Below, piece after piece: positions 23,769 to 37,020 of a stretch of 64,000 nucleotides of DNA; the first letter of the stretch is position 1, and each line of letters begins with the position of its first letter. The stretch covers positions 99,455,157-99,519,156 of the forward strand of contig JARDVH010000025.1 of assembly GCA_030324005.1 (NCBI GenBank), written 5' to 3'. The position numbers were made by a program, and so were the translations under genes. The notes beneath the pieces were generated by a model that was not told the DNA's origin, made no database searches, and worked only from the letters and a program-made list of their open reading frames with translations. Source of the DNA: Negaprion brevirostris (lineage: Eukaryota).

Positions 23769-24774
23769 GTCCTTGTGAGGCTATAGCCTCAGTTGCCCAG
23801 TTTTCCCCAGCCCTGGCTGGGTTTCAAGTTGTCCCTGTTCACTCAACAATCTCGCTGTCCTGCTGCCTCCCTGGCTATCTGGCATTCCCAACTTGCTGTT
23901 GGCTCATTGCCCAGTCCTCCTCATCCCCGCTGGCCTTGTTGAGTCAACAATTGCCACCACCTCCTCACATCTCACTTCTGCTCGACAAAACCTGTCGGAA
24001 ATATGCCGGCTCGCTCATTCACTCCCTGCCTTGCCTGCTGCCTGGCTGGCCTCCTTGTCTCACCCTCAATTTGTTGCTCACCAACCCTCTCAGCCTTACC
24101 ACTGGCCTGGTTGAGTTATCCCAGTGGTCCCCTCGATGGAGCCTACTCAGCTCTTGCACCCGAGGTAAATCACTGTTGGCTCAGGTTTCTCAGGCCTCCT
24201 TAGGCCCCTGGCTCTGATCAGAAATTGTTGATCTCTTCTTTAAGTTAGGTTGTCTGACCACCCTCCTCAGCCTGCGCATGAGGGTCAAGAGTCACTGCGC
24301 TGCTTCCCTCCACAACTGCTCTTGCCCTCTTTGCTTGGCCCTCACAAATTCACAGCCCCCTATTGGCTGAGGCTGCATGCCTGGCTTTCGGCCGCCTCAT
24401 CCCTCGTTGGAAAACCTGGGCTGCTGCTGTTTCAGAAATATTTTTAGAGATTCTCATTACTGTTGCTCTCTCGCCACCAAAGTCACCAAACTCTCAGCAA
24501 TCTTCCATAATGTTTTCCTGCTCGAAGGGATCGCCACCAATCAGAGGTTGATGGTGTTCTGCATTGGATGATTGACCACTTAAGGGCTTCAATTGGTTAA
24601 GGATGGTAAGGCTTAGCACAAACTTCCCCACAACTGACTTCGTCAAAAGAATCATTAAGGCAACGGACTTTCCATTCCCACCCAATCTTGTGGGCACCCC
24701 CACCACCCAACACACTCCCATTCTACCCTTGGAGTTATGGGTACAATTGTAGTCACCACAGCTTTTGAAAGGAT

Positions 24775-25060
24775 ACAGAAGAGCGCAAGCAGAATGATTG
24801 ATTAGGTGAAGCAATTGGATTGTGAGAAGTGATTATGTAAATAGGGCGGTCTTACTGGAAAGCAGATGACTGATATATGACGTGATTGCCTCTCTTAGGA
24901 TTCTGAAGACACCATGGTAAACTTTCACTTATTATAGAACAGTGAAACCAGAAGAATGTACTAGTGGAGGTATATTCAAGGCTGTGAAATCTGTAGAAAC
25001 ACCAGTTATTGAATGGTTTATCTATGGAACAGACTCACTCAGGAGACAATGGATGGAGAT
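24775..25060 (+). mobile_element. Very old CR1-type 3' fragment
   Basis: GAAAGGATACAGAAGAGCGCAAGCAGAATGATT resembles ERxQRRAxRMI, followed by a CTATGGAACAGACTC motif. Confidence 0.5.
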
Positions 25061-25799
25061 AGGATTAATTCAATCAAATACAAAATAGACGAATTTTAGA
25101 AAATAATACTTTGGATAGCGTACGTGTACAGTTTGTGGCATGACATGAGCATGTGTCAGTTGCTTGAGAAGAAGAAGCGACTTTGGACTTATCTAAAGCT
25201 TTTCATTGCAAAGATGTTCCTGTCTTCATGTCTGGACAAATTGATAAAGATTTATTGAATTGATTTAACAGCAACTCTTTTCTCATTGTCTCACTCAGCT
25301 TTGTGGAAAATGAATCTTTCCTTTTTCTCAGGTAGCATTTCCTTTGATTTTTAGTATTTATTTGTGGGATGTGGGTATCGCTGGTTTGGCCAACATGTAT
25401 TGTCCATCGCTAGTTGCCCCTCCAGAAGGTAACTGGATTACCGTGTACAAGTAGTATATCAGAGATCTGTCGATCATTTTGAAGTGTCTGGCTGGGATGT
25501 AAATTATTTGATTGGCCTTTGCTTTTTTTCTGCCAATGCCTTGTTTTAACGTATCAATCATCTGATGTCTGTCTCTTTTTCGGACTAATTGTTCATGCGT
25601 TGTGTCTGCACTTTATACTTTTCCCTTCTTTCCTTGTCCAGTGATGGAAAAGCTTAAAAAGCTTTTAAAAAGCTTGTGATTTTCTTGTTTATATTAAAGC
25701 ATAATAACCTATTGGCATGTTGAATTCATGAGTATCGTGAAGGAGTCAACTATTCATTATATTTTAATAGAACACCTCTCTGCTGAGTAGCTATATCAA

Positions 25800-26310
25800 G
25801 AATAGATACTCCTACCTTCCAAATCTCCTGCTGGTTGTCGGGAGGCCTGTCGTACAAACCCATCAAAGTGATTGCACCCTTCTTATTCCTGAGCTCTACC
25901 CATGTGGCCTCATTGGACGAGCCTCCAAGGCATTCTCCCTCAGTGCAGCTGTGACATTCTTTCTAATCAGTAACTTCCCCCATATCTTTTCCATCCCTCT
26001 CTATCACATCTAAATCCTAGAATGTTAAACTGCCAGTCTTGTCCCTCTCTAAACCAAGCCTCTGTAATAGCTACAACATTGTAGTTATATGTATTAATCC
26101 AAACTCCAAGTTGATCGGTCTTACCTGTCATACTTCAAAACACCAGTCCCACCATGTTCAGTAACCTCTCACTGTCTGTTCTTCCTCTTAGCCATACTGG
26201 CCTTTAGTCTCTGATTCCCCCTCAATCATTGCACTTATTGACCGACTGCTCTAATTCCCACCCACCTGCTACACTTGTTTAAACCCTCTCGAGTGACACT
26301 GGCAAACATA
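25800..26310 (-). mobile_element. CR1-type LINE ORF1-region fragment
   Basis: Similar to shark CR1 5'/ORF1 sequence (GTTTAAACCCTCTCGAGTGACACT; CAAGCCTCTGTAATAGC) as I recall it. No intact ORF. Confidence 0.5.
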
Positions 26311-29300
26311 TTTGCTCTTTTACTTGAAGTTACGCACTTGGGTATCAGATCAGGTAATTGATAAGCTGTGACAGGAATATACAATTTTTTTTGTATTCTA
26401 GTATCGCACACTTTGGGTAACATTGTAAGTCGTTTGTTAGTTTAATGTTCTTTAATAATATAAACTTTGGTAGTGTTTTCTGCAAAGTATTCATGACAGT
26501 AGATCTTGTAAGGTGGAAGCACAATCACATGGTTTTGGTGGTGGGTTATCACACGAGTTTAATNNNNNNNNNNNNNNNNNNNNNNNNNNNNNNNNNNNNN
26601 NNNNNNNNNNNNNNNNNNNNNNNNNNNNNNNNNNNNNNNNNNNNNNNNNNNNNNNNNNNNATATACGTTGTAGATATTCAACTAAATTGTGTGCTACTGC
26701 AACAATTCAGTGAGCCCTCTCTCCATAATTACAATTTTCCAGGTGCTACCATGCAGTCTTAGTGCTGCAGATATTGATCAGCTTCTTAAACTCTGTCTCT
26801 TGGGATGTTTAATGCATTCCTTTCAGCTCGTAATTGCTGTCTGATGTGAAGCTAATACAGTAAATAGAGACTTAACAAGATCGCTGTTCCAATCAGTTGT
26901 ACTTTGCTAAAAGCGAGCAAACAGCCTTTAGTTAAATTTCCTGCTTCATTAAAAAGAAATAGCTGTTGTGACTATTTGCTGTTCAATGCTTGTCTTTTGA
27001 GCACTAAATAGCGTACGTCCTAAACTTTGTGTGGTGGAAGCACTGACTTGTTACAAGCTGGAAGTGTGCTGCCTGCTATTTTGGTGAAAATAAAGCAATT
27101 AGCATGGTGGGTCCGTTCCTGACTTGGACAATGTCCTATTTTCATATTCAAATAAGAGTCCTGTATGATTGATTCCATCTCCAATATTGATTAGAAAAAG
27201 CAGTTCCATGTATCGTCAAACAGACAGATCTTACAAGAGCACACTGCAGGCAGCAACCAGGGCGGAGCTGGGAGGAGTTAGGAGTGATGCTCCTGACCCC
27301 ACCCTCACTACATGTATACCAGTGTAGGCCACAGTTCTCTCACCATCCTCCCCAACTCCCCTTCCCAGCCTTTGCCTTCCTAGATTACTGTCAACTATTA
27401 CTCTCACTGTCTGCTACTGTGGACCTCGCAACCTATTTGTCTATCATCCAAGCCCAGTTGCCACCCATATCTAAGCCTCTTTTAAGTAATGATGTGAATT
27501 TTGTTTCGAGCATGACAACAGCCTGAACTTTCCTTCTCTTTTCTCACAAGAGGCTTGGAGATGCTGGTTGTGTTTAATGAGGTGCGGCTTATCTCTTGGA
27601 TGATGACACATTCTAAGGACCAACATCGGGTAGACTTTGAGCAAGCCAATTCAGGCATAATGTGTGTTTCCTGCACCCTTTGTAAAACCAAAAGTAAGCA
27701 TGCTCAAAGACCAAAACACATTGGAGCTTGATTGAGCCTTTTGCACCCACTTTTCCTCATAGGTTAACATTTTCCTTGAGCTGTCACAATTTAAGGAGTT
27801 CTGTTATTCTCGAGGGTCTGGGTTTTCATGAGTTGGACTGCTGTCCCCATGAATCTGCCATCACGATCAACAAATCTGAAAAAAAGGAGAAAAAACTGAG
27901 CAGATCTCAGTACTTTCTGTTTTGATTCTGCATCTTATTCTCTTTTTTCACTTTGCGCCAGTGGGCGTACAAAGTGCTATTTCAGTTGTTACTGCATCCT
28001 TTTGATCCTGTGCCACCACTATCTGAGATGGTAGTAAGTGCATTCGTACACTTTGCAAGTTCCCATTGCCTTTGAAAATAATTATGTGGAAACCTGATGT
28101 TTTCTGTGATGATTGAGCTATTCACGTTAGCTACTCTCCAAATTATGAACACGTCAGGACCTTCATTGTGTAGGTGCTCCCATTTGAAGGCATTTGTACC
28201 ATGCTGTTTTATGACATCTTTTTCTGTGTAAGTAATCTTGATATTTTGCCAGCATTTGTTCAGCAGCATTCATCTAGTGCTGCATTGAAATTCCAATATA
28301 TTCATGGCAGGCACAACGCAAATGTTATTAGTCCTTTAAATCAAAAACGCCCCTTTCATTGCAAGACATCTATTTATGGAATGATATGCTTCCAGCTGAA
28401 GATGTCTTCAATGCCTGAAGCTATTAGGTTTTTTTTTCAAAACATATTTTTCTGCAGTATTTACATTAGCATGGCGATGGTCTGTTACAGTTCTCTGAGA
28501 GTTCAAGTTGCTGTGGCAACATACACTTTTTACATGCTTGCTGTGGTTTGGAGCTATGGACAGTGGTGGTAGAGGCGCCAACATTTTTTCATTGGCGCAT
28601 ATCGGGAGGATTTGTAGGTTGATACTCAACCTATTTGGTGACATTATGAATGCAGTCACTTTGGGTCACCCTCCTCAAATTATGGAACAACATCCTTACC
28701 TTGCCTTTGGATATCTAAATCAGTAACCTGCTCCTGAACATGGCTGGTTGGCTCTCCTCTGCTTACAAGAAAAAGTTCATGGTATCTTGAGTAATGTTGG
28801 AAAGAATACTGGATCATTTTGAAATCACTTGAGTCTTCATTGCCTGTGTATTCTGATTTCCGCACTGCACAGCACAGTTTCTTCTGAAGTTTTGGTGATT
28901 AATCAACTCTATAACTGCTTGAGAAGTGTGACGATGAACATCAGAATAGGGATACATTTAGACTAAGCAAAAGCATTGAGTTCATGAGATGGAGGTATGG
29001 CCCAATACTCCTGTGAATTTGATAAAGAATGCTACTGACAAACAGAACATGAGGAGGTCAGTTGGTAAGAATGTCTCTGTTATGGTCTGGTTTGCTTCAG
29101 TAAATATCCCTCAAACATATTAGATATTAAATGGGCCAGTGTTGTAGAAATGCTGGGTTCCCAAAGGCTGACAACAGAAGACTAGTAACAAACAACATTT
29201 TATTCACAAACTGAACAGCTACCTTATGCTTGTACCCTGCACACGCTCCAGGGAGAACTTGCATGTTCCAATCAAATGAGCCCATTAGTAGCCGTTTCAT

Positions 29301-29500
29301 TACGTAACCACTACAAGTGGAATTGTCAATTTTCAAAGTGAAATATTGAAGAGTTTTTTTTTAACAATCACAAAGGATGGACTTGATACACAATTGCTAT
29401 CACCTCTGCAGTCAGTTAATTTTATTGCAAAGAAACCGAACACCAATGCAGAGGTTCAAGCGCCACCAAAAGAGTTAGAAAGTGATGCTGCTGGGTCAAT

Positions 29501-29914
29501 ACGGTGGCACACTGGTTAGCACTGCTGCCTCACAGCGCCAGGGACCCAGGTTCAATTCCCAGTTTGGGTCACTGTCTGTATGGAGTTTGCACGCTCTCCC
29601 CGTGTCTGTGTGGGTTTCCTCCGGATGCTCCGGTTTCCTCCCACAGTCTGAAAGATGTGCTGGTTAGGNNNNNNNNNNNNNNNNNNNNNNNNNNNNNNNN
29701 NNNNNNNNNNNNNNNNNNNNNNNNNNNNNNNNNNNNNNNNNNNNNNNNNNNNNNNNNNNNNNNNNNNNCTCTGGTTTGCTCCCACAGCTTGAAAGATGTG
29801 CTGGTTAGGTGCATTGACCTGAACAGGTGCTGGAGTGTGGCAACTAGGGGAATTTCATAGTAACTTAATTGCAATGTTAATGTGAGCCTTACTTGTGACT
29901 AATAAATAAATAAA
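29501..29914 (+). mobile_element. V-SINE (HE1 body) with tail B, spanning a gap
   Basis: HE1 head and V domain. Tail GGAGTGTGGCAACTAGGGG..TTGTGACTAATAAATAAA. Confidence 0.88.
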
Positions 29915-30799
29915 CTTTAAACTGTTGCTTTTGGAAACAGACTTCTGTCTGTCTTCAAGCTGATGGGGGTAGATCAAAGCATGGAAAGAGGAGGCTTAAA
30001 TGCACAGCTCTTTGACTGGATAAAAGTACCATGATGAGTGGGTCAAAAGTGATGAGAACATGACAGCACAAGAGTGGGCTTTAAGTGCTTGAAATGTGTG
30101 TTTTACAGTGTGTGCAGTCTACAGTGTGCATAGTGTACAGTGTGTTTTACCCTGCACATAAAGCTCAATAAGCTTTCTTGCTTCTTTAAGCCCTTTGCTC
30201 TGGGGTTTATTTTCTCTCCCACATTTCAGCAATTACTAGACTTCTGCAAAATTGAAAAGAGTGTTCATAAATCCATTAATGATTTTTTAATGAAATGGTA
30301 ATAGACTCTGATGATTGTCCAGGTTATTGTTTTCAGATTTCAATATCAGAAATAATAAAGGTACAATCAAGTTGTGCTTCTGCAAATTTGTTTTCCTTTA
30401 GATTGGAAATATACGCTGCAGGTAGTGTCACATCAGAGCTTTGCTTAAGATTGGTAACCATATTTGTAACACTTGAAATATTAATGCTTCTGTTTCTCGG
30501 GAACTCCTGTTTTATTAAATAGCAATTGTCACTCAGCTTTCACACCTTTTTAAAGAGTCGGTGGCTGAGTGAAACTGTCTCGTGCAGCTGAGCAACACAA
30601 AATAGGAAAGCTCTTGGATGTTTCTGACAGTCTAGGTAGCCTTTGGGATGTGAAAATGGCTGTAGGCTCACCCCAGTGTCAAGATGGGGATACATTAGAC
30701 ATGACTCCCAGACCTGGTTGTGTCTGTGGATTTTGGGTCATGAGGCAGTTTAAAGCTTATGTGCACAATAAGGGCAGCCACTTGAGTAAATAACTGGAG

Positions 30800-30911
30800 A
30801 AGATAGAACATTACAGCGCAGTACAGGCCCTTCAGCCCTCGATGTTGCGCCGACCAGTGGAACTAATCTAATGACCCTCTAACCTAAACTATTCCAATGT
30901 TATCCATATGC
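30800..30911 (-). mobile_element. CR1-type 3' tail
   Basis: ATAGAACATTACAGCGCAGTACAGGCCCTTCAGCCCTCGATGTTG matches 38657-38700. Confidence 0.75.
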
Positions 30912-32634
30912 NNNNNNNNNNNNNNNNNNNNNNNNNNNNNNNNNNNNNNNNNNNNNNNNNNNNNNNNNNNNNNNNNNNNNNNNNNNNNNNNNNNNNNNNN
31001 NNNNNNNNNNNCCCATTTACCTGCAGAGTGAAGTCCAAGTGATCTGCTCTGTGAGAGTTGATTCATTGACTATATTATGTAAAGAGGGCTCTATTCCATT
31101 ATTTTTATTTGAAATTAAAGGCTGCAGGCTGAGATGCCCAGGGCTAGGGAAGTTCAGCAGCTAAAGAGAGGTGGAAATTGGCAGCGATAGTGGTGATAGA
31201 AGGTAGTGGGCATTTGGGATAGGAGAGTCGCAACTGAGCAGTGTTTGGAAGTAATGTCTGCACTTTGGGGCAGTGAGAGGTCAGCAGCAGCAATTGAAAC
31301 TGAGGGACACTGAAGGCTTCCTTGAAGGGGTTGGGGCATCGGCGAAGCTATCCTGATCCATAGGGAATGAGAAAATACTTATGTAGCTTGTGGAGCTTGT
31401 AGACAATTTCCCTTTCACTGCTGAGTTTCCGAAACCTTGGAAACCTACACAGTTGCAATTTTAAATCTGGCTTCCAATTGCATGCTGTGGAAAATTTAAA
31501 TATGTTAATGAAAAGACCCACCTCTCTTCAAGGGGCACGCCAATATCAGGCACTATAAACTTGGCAATGCGGCTGCTTCAAAGAGGGGGTCACCCTACCT
31601 GCAATTCATTATTTAATCCTGTCCACCATGTATCTCGGGCCCGTCATGTTGGGGGAGAGGTGGGAAGCTGGTGTGGAGGGGAATTCAACATTGAAGCCAA
31701 GAAGTTTGGTCAGTTTTCTGCTGTTTCTAGATACTGGGGCCATTGGCCGTTTAGCTCAGATATCAAAACCTATAGTTACGATTCCACCCCTGTTCTATCC
31801 ACTGAGTTTGATCAGTGACACTTGTAGTGTAATGCATTCTGTAATGCTACATGAATTCACTGTGGTACCATAATCAAGCTTAGTGTAGAAACAGGAAAAG
31901 GGCCAAAAATCAGATTCTCATTCTTTAAAGTGCCAGCATGTAGAGCCTTTGGAATTCAAGATTTCCACTTTCACTTCTTTGAAAGTGTTCTGCTTGATTT
32001 TGCTTGTGAATAGTCTTGTTTTCTGTAGTAGTTTAGAGGCAACTCAGTGTGACTCCAACAAACAAAGGATTTATGAAACTAGTAAACTATACACAAGACA
32101 AAGGTCTGACAGAATGTATGCATGAGTCAACTCTGTTCTCCTCTCTGGCTCCAACTGAAGGTTCTCCCCATTCTCGGATGTGCACCCTCACTCCCGATTT
32201 AATCCAGTTTCCCGTGCAGTCATTGCATCGGGTCCAACCTGATCACATAGGCGCAAAGGGTTGCCCCTTTAAAACGGCCAGATTACCACACTCCTTTCAT
32301 CCCCTCTAACTCCATCAATGAGCAAAAGTAAAAGTGAAACTTCATTACACCAAGGCACACAGACATGATATCACATTTGGGACACCAAAGGAAAGTCCGT
32401 TCACCAAGTCGATTGGTCCAAAGACTTCTGAATTCTTGTGGAGCACTGCAACTCTGTAGAAGGTTCTTCAGCAAGCAATGAATTCAGCCTGGCTGTCAAA
32501 AAAGACAAACTCATCACCTTAAGATTGATGTCTTCCCCTGTTGTTTCTTCCCCCGTGGCTACAGAAGCTGGAGGTTTCCTCAGCTCCACAAATCCCTGCT
32601 TCCACAGCATCTTTACGTCTGCCTTATCGTTTTA

Positions 32635-32915
32635 AAATTTTAAACACCTTTCATCAGTTCACTCTTTAATCTTCTATATTCACGGTAATGCGAGCCATGT
32701 TTCTGCAAACTGTCCTCATTATTTAATTATCTAAGTCCTAGTGGATCTCCATTATATCCTCTCTGAGGCAAATCTCCTCTGGCACTGAATGCAGTTCTCA
32801 AAATGGAGTCTGACCCATTCTCTCTACAACTAAACCAGCTTTACCTGCTCTTTGTATCTCAGCCAGCCCTTGAGATAATGGCCCACATTCAATATGACTT
32901 TTTGATTGACAGCTT
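32635..32915 (-). mobile_element. Old CR1-type RT fragment
   Basis: CACTGAATGCAGTTCTCAAAATGGAGTCTGACC..CCCTTGAGATAATGGCCCACATTC is the antisense of a CR1 RT C-terminus. Confidence 0.55.
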
Positions 32916-34429
32916 CCCTGTTTCCATGGAAGTAATTGCAATCATCATCATCTCTCAACTGTCATGTGTAGTTTAGCTGCAGGGAATAATCTGCTCCATT
33001 TTGTCATTCTGTTGGGTAAAAGCCCAAGGGAGAAATGGTAAATGCTACATGAGTTTTCTTTCAGTTGAGGAACCATAGTGAAAGATTAAGTCCTATGTTG
33101 CAGAATACAACCAATGTGAGAAAATTGAGAATGAACTGAAGATGCATCAATAATTTCTTGTCAGGAGGATAGGATTTGAAACATTAGAACTGATGGAAAA
33201 AGAAAAGTGTCAGAGAGTAAGAGTAAGAGGACCCTTACTCTTGTGGCCTTGGGAAAGCATAGTCAAGAGCGAGCAGTAGATGGAATTCTTGCTTTTGGTA
33301 CCAGGAGGAGAGTAATTATACAGCTTGTATTTGGAAATCAAGGCATGAGATGTACATTCAAAAAAAATCAGTGACTACAAGTAGTGTACAGTTTCAGTGT
33401 ATTGGACACACGTTAAATTTAGTCCATTTTGTGTTGCACTGTTTTTCAGCAAGTTATGTTAATTACTTTAAAAATTACTTTGGCTCATGATGGGTTTAAC
33501 AGCTTGCTCTTGCCACTAACTACATAATGTTGCGAGGACATTGCATTCAATAAAACAGCATGAAAGTGGTGAGTTGGTCTTCCCTCACTTCAGATTTTAA
33601 TGGCACCCAAAATTTCTGTGAAGTAACACATTGACACACTTAAATGAATTGGCTTCAATAGAAATGGATGGAGACGGACTTTGGCTGTTAAAATTTTCTA
33701 CTTAGCCACTTACATTTCAGTCAGATTATATTTTCCATAAAAGCTTCTGACTATTGTATATTTGCCCATTTTAAAATAAGACATGGCCACCTTTTATTTT
33801 GCACTAAAAATGTAACTCTGGATATTGACATGTTTTAATTTCATGCAGAGGGTAATTTGGATTTTGTTCTTCTCCCTTGCTTCATTTAATTTGCACAGTT
33901 TCCCAGAGAACATTTTCTGACATTAGGTGAATTGCCAAGAGTACTGTGTTCTGTTCAAGTAGGAATCATACACACACAATGCTGACAGAAGCAAGTTCTC
34001 CGCGTGGTTCAGTTTTGCTCCATACAGAATGGATAACTGTCGAGTGTTAAAGCAAATCCCATTTTGATTTGATCGATTTGATTTGTTATTGTCACATGTA
34101 TTCATATAAACTGAAAATTATTGTTTCAGAAAATCTTATTTGTACAGCAAGTTTCTATTTGATGATTAATAATGGCGATTGTAGGCTGAATTTCATCATG
34201 TGGGGGCAAATGGATGTGGGAACAGGAAAAGAATCTAAACAGGAAAATTGATAAGTCAGGAAGCCAGCTTGTTAATTTCTGCATTCTGTAGCACATTAGA
34301 TTCTGATTCTTTAGAAAAGGTGAGTTGTCAATTTCAATATATTAATTGGTCAAATTGAGCAATACTGACATGGCTTTTGCAACTTAACTATGGATCAATG
34401 GGCTTCCAGGAATCTGCCACTGAAAGCAA

Positions 34430-34690
34430 AATGAAAACACAGCCACCAATGCCTCTACTTTTTCAGGAGGCTAAGGAAGTTTGGCATGCCTGCTGCAACT
34501 CACCAACTCTTACGGATGCACCATAGAAAGCATCTTTTCCAGATGTATCACAGCTTGATATGCCTCCTGCTCTGACCAAAGCCATAAGAAACTATAAAGA
34601 GTTGTAAGCTTAGCGCAGTCCATTACGCAAACCAGCCTCCCATCCATTGACTCCNNNNNNNNNNACTTCCAGGTGCCTCGGAAAGAGCAC
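34430..34690 (+). mobile_element. Rex1/Babar-type LINE RT C-terminal fragment
   Basis: HQCLYFFRRLRKFGM..LTNSYGCTIESIFSRCITA*Y..KKL*RVV..AQSITQTSLPSIDS corresponds to the Rex1 motifs QRLYFLRRL and YRCTIESIL. Confidence 0.85.
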
Positions 34691-34691
34691 C

Positions 34692-34959
34692 TTAGCCAGA
34701 CCGACCCGGCCTTGCCCTATTCCTGTAACTCCGTGGATTTGTCATGGCTAATCTGCATATCATGCACAACTTTGGACACTATGGGGAAATTTAGCATGGT
34801 CGATCCACCTAATTTGATATCTTTAGAATGTGGGAGGAAACCACAGCACCCGGAGGAAACCCAAGCAGACATGGGGAGAGCATGCAAACTCCACACAGTT
34901 GCCAGAATTGATCCCTGGTCCCTGGCACTGTGAGGTAGCAGTGCCAACCACCGTGCCAC
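34692..34959 (-). mobile_element. HE1/V-SINE
   Basis: GTGGGAGGAAACC..GGAGGAAACCCA..GCAAACTCCACACAG..CCCTGGCACTGTGAGG is the antisense V domain and head. Confidence 0.85.
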
Positions 34960-34999
34960 TATCCTCCACTCCAGTGACATGGATTGCTACTATTTTTTC

Positions 35000-35425
35000 T
35001 ATCCATTTATGATTTATGAGCATCGCTGGCAAAAACATTTATTGCCCATCCCGAATCATCCTTGAAGGCAGTAGTGAGCTTCCTTTTTGAACTGTTGCAG
35101 TCCATTGTGTAAGTCCACCAGCAGTGCTGTTAAATGGATCAGTGGTATGAAAGAACCAAGATACATTTCCAAGTCAGGGTGGTGTGTGACTTGGAGATAA
35201 TGGTGTTCCATTGCATCTGCTGCTCTTGTCCATGTAGGCAGTGATGTTCTAGGTCTGGACGGTGCTGTTGAAAGAATGTTTTCATTGTGTTACTGCAAGA
35301 GCATCTTGTACACGGTATTAACTTCTGTTGCTGTGTGCCGGTGGTGGAGAGAGTGAACGTTAAAGGTGGTAGGTGGGATGCCAATCAAACAGGTTGCTTT
35401 GTCTTGAATGTTGTTGGAGCTGCAC
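35000..35425 (-). mobile_element. CR1/L2-group LINE 3' fragment
   Basis: CATTTATTGCCCATCCC..CTTGAAGG..TTCCAAGTCAGGGTGGTG is the antisense of the 3' end at 62740-62970. Confidence 0.75.
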
Positions 35426-36574
35426 ACCCCAAGGAGTAGGGAAAACTGATCGCTTCCTGTCAATCAAAGCAGTTTAAAGAGGCTTCAGAGCAGCTGGGGC
35501 TCCTGAGAAAAAGCAAGGGAATCCTTCTATTGAAACTAATATCTCCTGTCAATCAGAGTACTTCAAAGTGGTCTGATCGTAACTGGGGTTCTTGAAATCA
35601 ACCAAGGGCAATCCCTTCTGTAGAATGGAGTACTGCTTTGAATTGAAAGCTTCCAGGTGTTTGGAGGGTATGAATATTCATGTGACCAGGCCACTTCAAA
35701 GCTTTATAGAACACCGACAAAAATAAAAAGTTTTAACAGTAAGTTTCCCAAAATTACCATGCTGAGTGATCTCCACATTTCCTGGACAAGAAGGGGAAGT
35801 CTAGCCACAAGACCCCCATTCTGGGAAGAGTCCAAGGGTCAACATCGAGCCCCAATACACCTCTTTGGGGACCCTCCCTCTGCAACCTGGCAGCAGAGAG
35901 AGGTGCATAGGCTTAGTACTTAGCTCCTTGCCCCCCTCTGAGTCCAAGTTGCCAGGTCCATGCTTGGTGTATTGTTTGGTGCTCAGTGGACCTCCCAAGG
36001 GGGGAGATCCTCGAACCCAATGATTACACTGAAGTGATCACTCATTAATATTCATTATGTTTCCAACCACTCTAGACGAGAACCTGATGGAGGCCAGCAG
36101 AGTGGGCCGGAAGACTCACAACAGGCTTGACGCCTGGTGAGAATCCCGTTATGGTTCTCATGCTTGTTTCAAAAGACCATTGGGAATTCCATCTGCAGCT
36201 AATGGCCCTGAGAATCACCCCCAAAATCTTGTGTAATTATTGCTGCAGTGGATGGAGAATTTGCTGGCTGCCTTAGGCTCAAAGTTCTATTCACTTAACT
36301 TGGAGACTGATTGCCAATGGTGTCCCATGGGGGGTAAGTGTTAGGATTTTTGCTGTCTCCTGTTTAGATTGAGTTAGATGTCCATAAAGGGAGAGTATGA
36401 TCTCCAGGTTTATTACTGACATCAAGTTTATGCTCATATTAGGATTATAGAAGGTGCTCACCTGCTGCAAATCAAACTCAAAATTTTGATAGAAAGGGAC
36501 CCTCTTTGGTAAATGACATTTAAATTGGAAAGTTGCAGTGCTATATAGAATGTAGAAAAGACTTACAAGAATAG

Positions 36575-37020
36575 TTCCAGGGATGAAGAACTTCAGTTAT
36601 GAGGATAGAGAGGAAAGATTAGCAATATTCCTCTTAGAGTGAAGGCGGCTAAGAGGATATTTGTACAGATGTTCAAAAATGAGAGGCCTGGACAGAGTAG
36701 GTAAAGAAAAACTGTTCCCATTCACAAAAGGATCAAAAATGCAAGGGCACATATTTGAAGCAGTTTGCAAAAGAAGCAAATGCGAAACAAAACTTTATCT
36801 GAGAGCGAGTGGTTCGAGTCTGGAATGTACTGCCTGGAAATGTCCTGATGGACAGGTTCCATCAAAGCATGCAAGAGGGCATTAGATGATTATTTGAAAA
36901 GAAATAAAGTACAGGGGTAGGGGGAAAAGACAGGAAGATGGCAATAAGTCATGATATTTATTTGGAGAGCTGATGCAGGTATGATGAGCGAAATGCCTGT
37001 TTCTGTGATTCTGTGATCTA
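36575..37020 (+). mobile_element. CR1-type LINE 3' end
   Basis: PGMKNFSYEDR..FLLE*RRLRGYL..KMRGLDRVGKEKLFP, followed by a 3' UTR ending TTCTGTGATTCTGTGAT. Confidence 0.8.
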
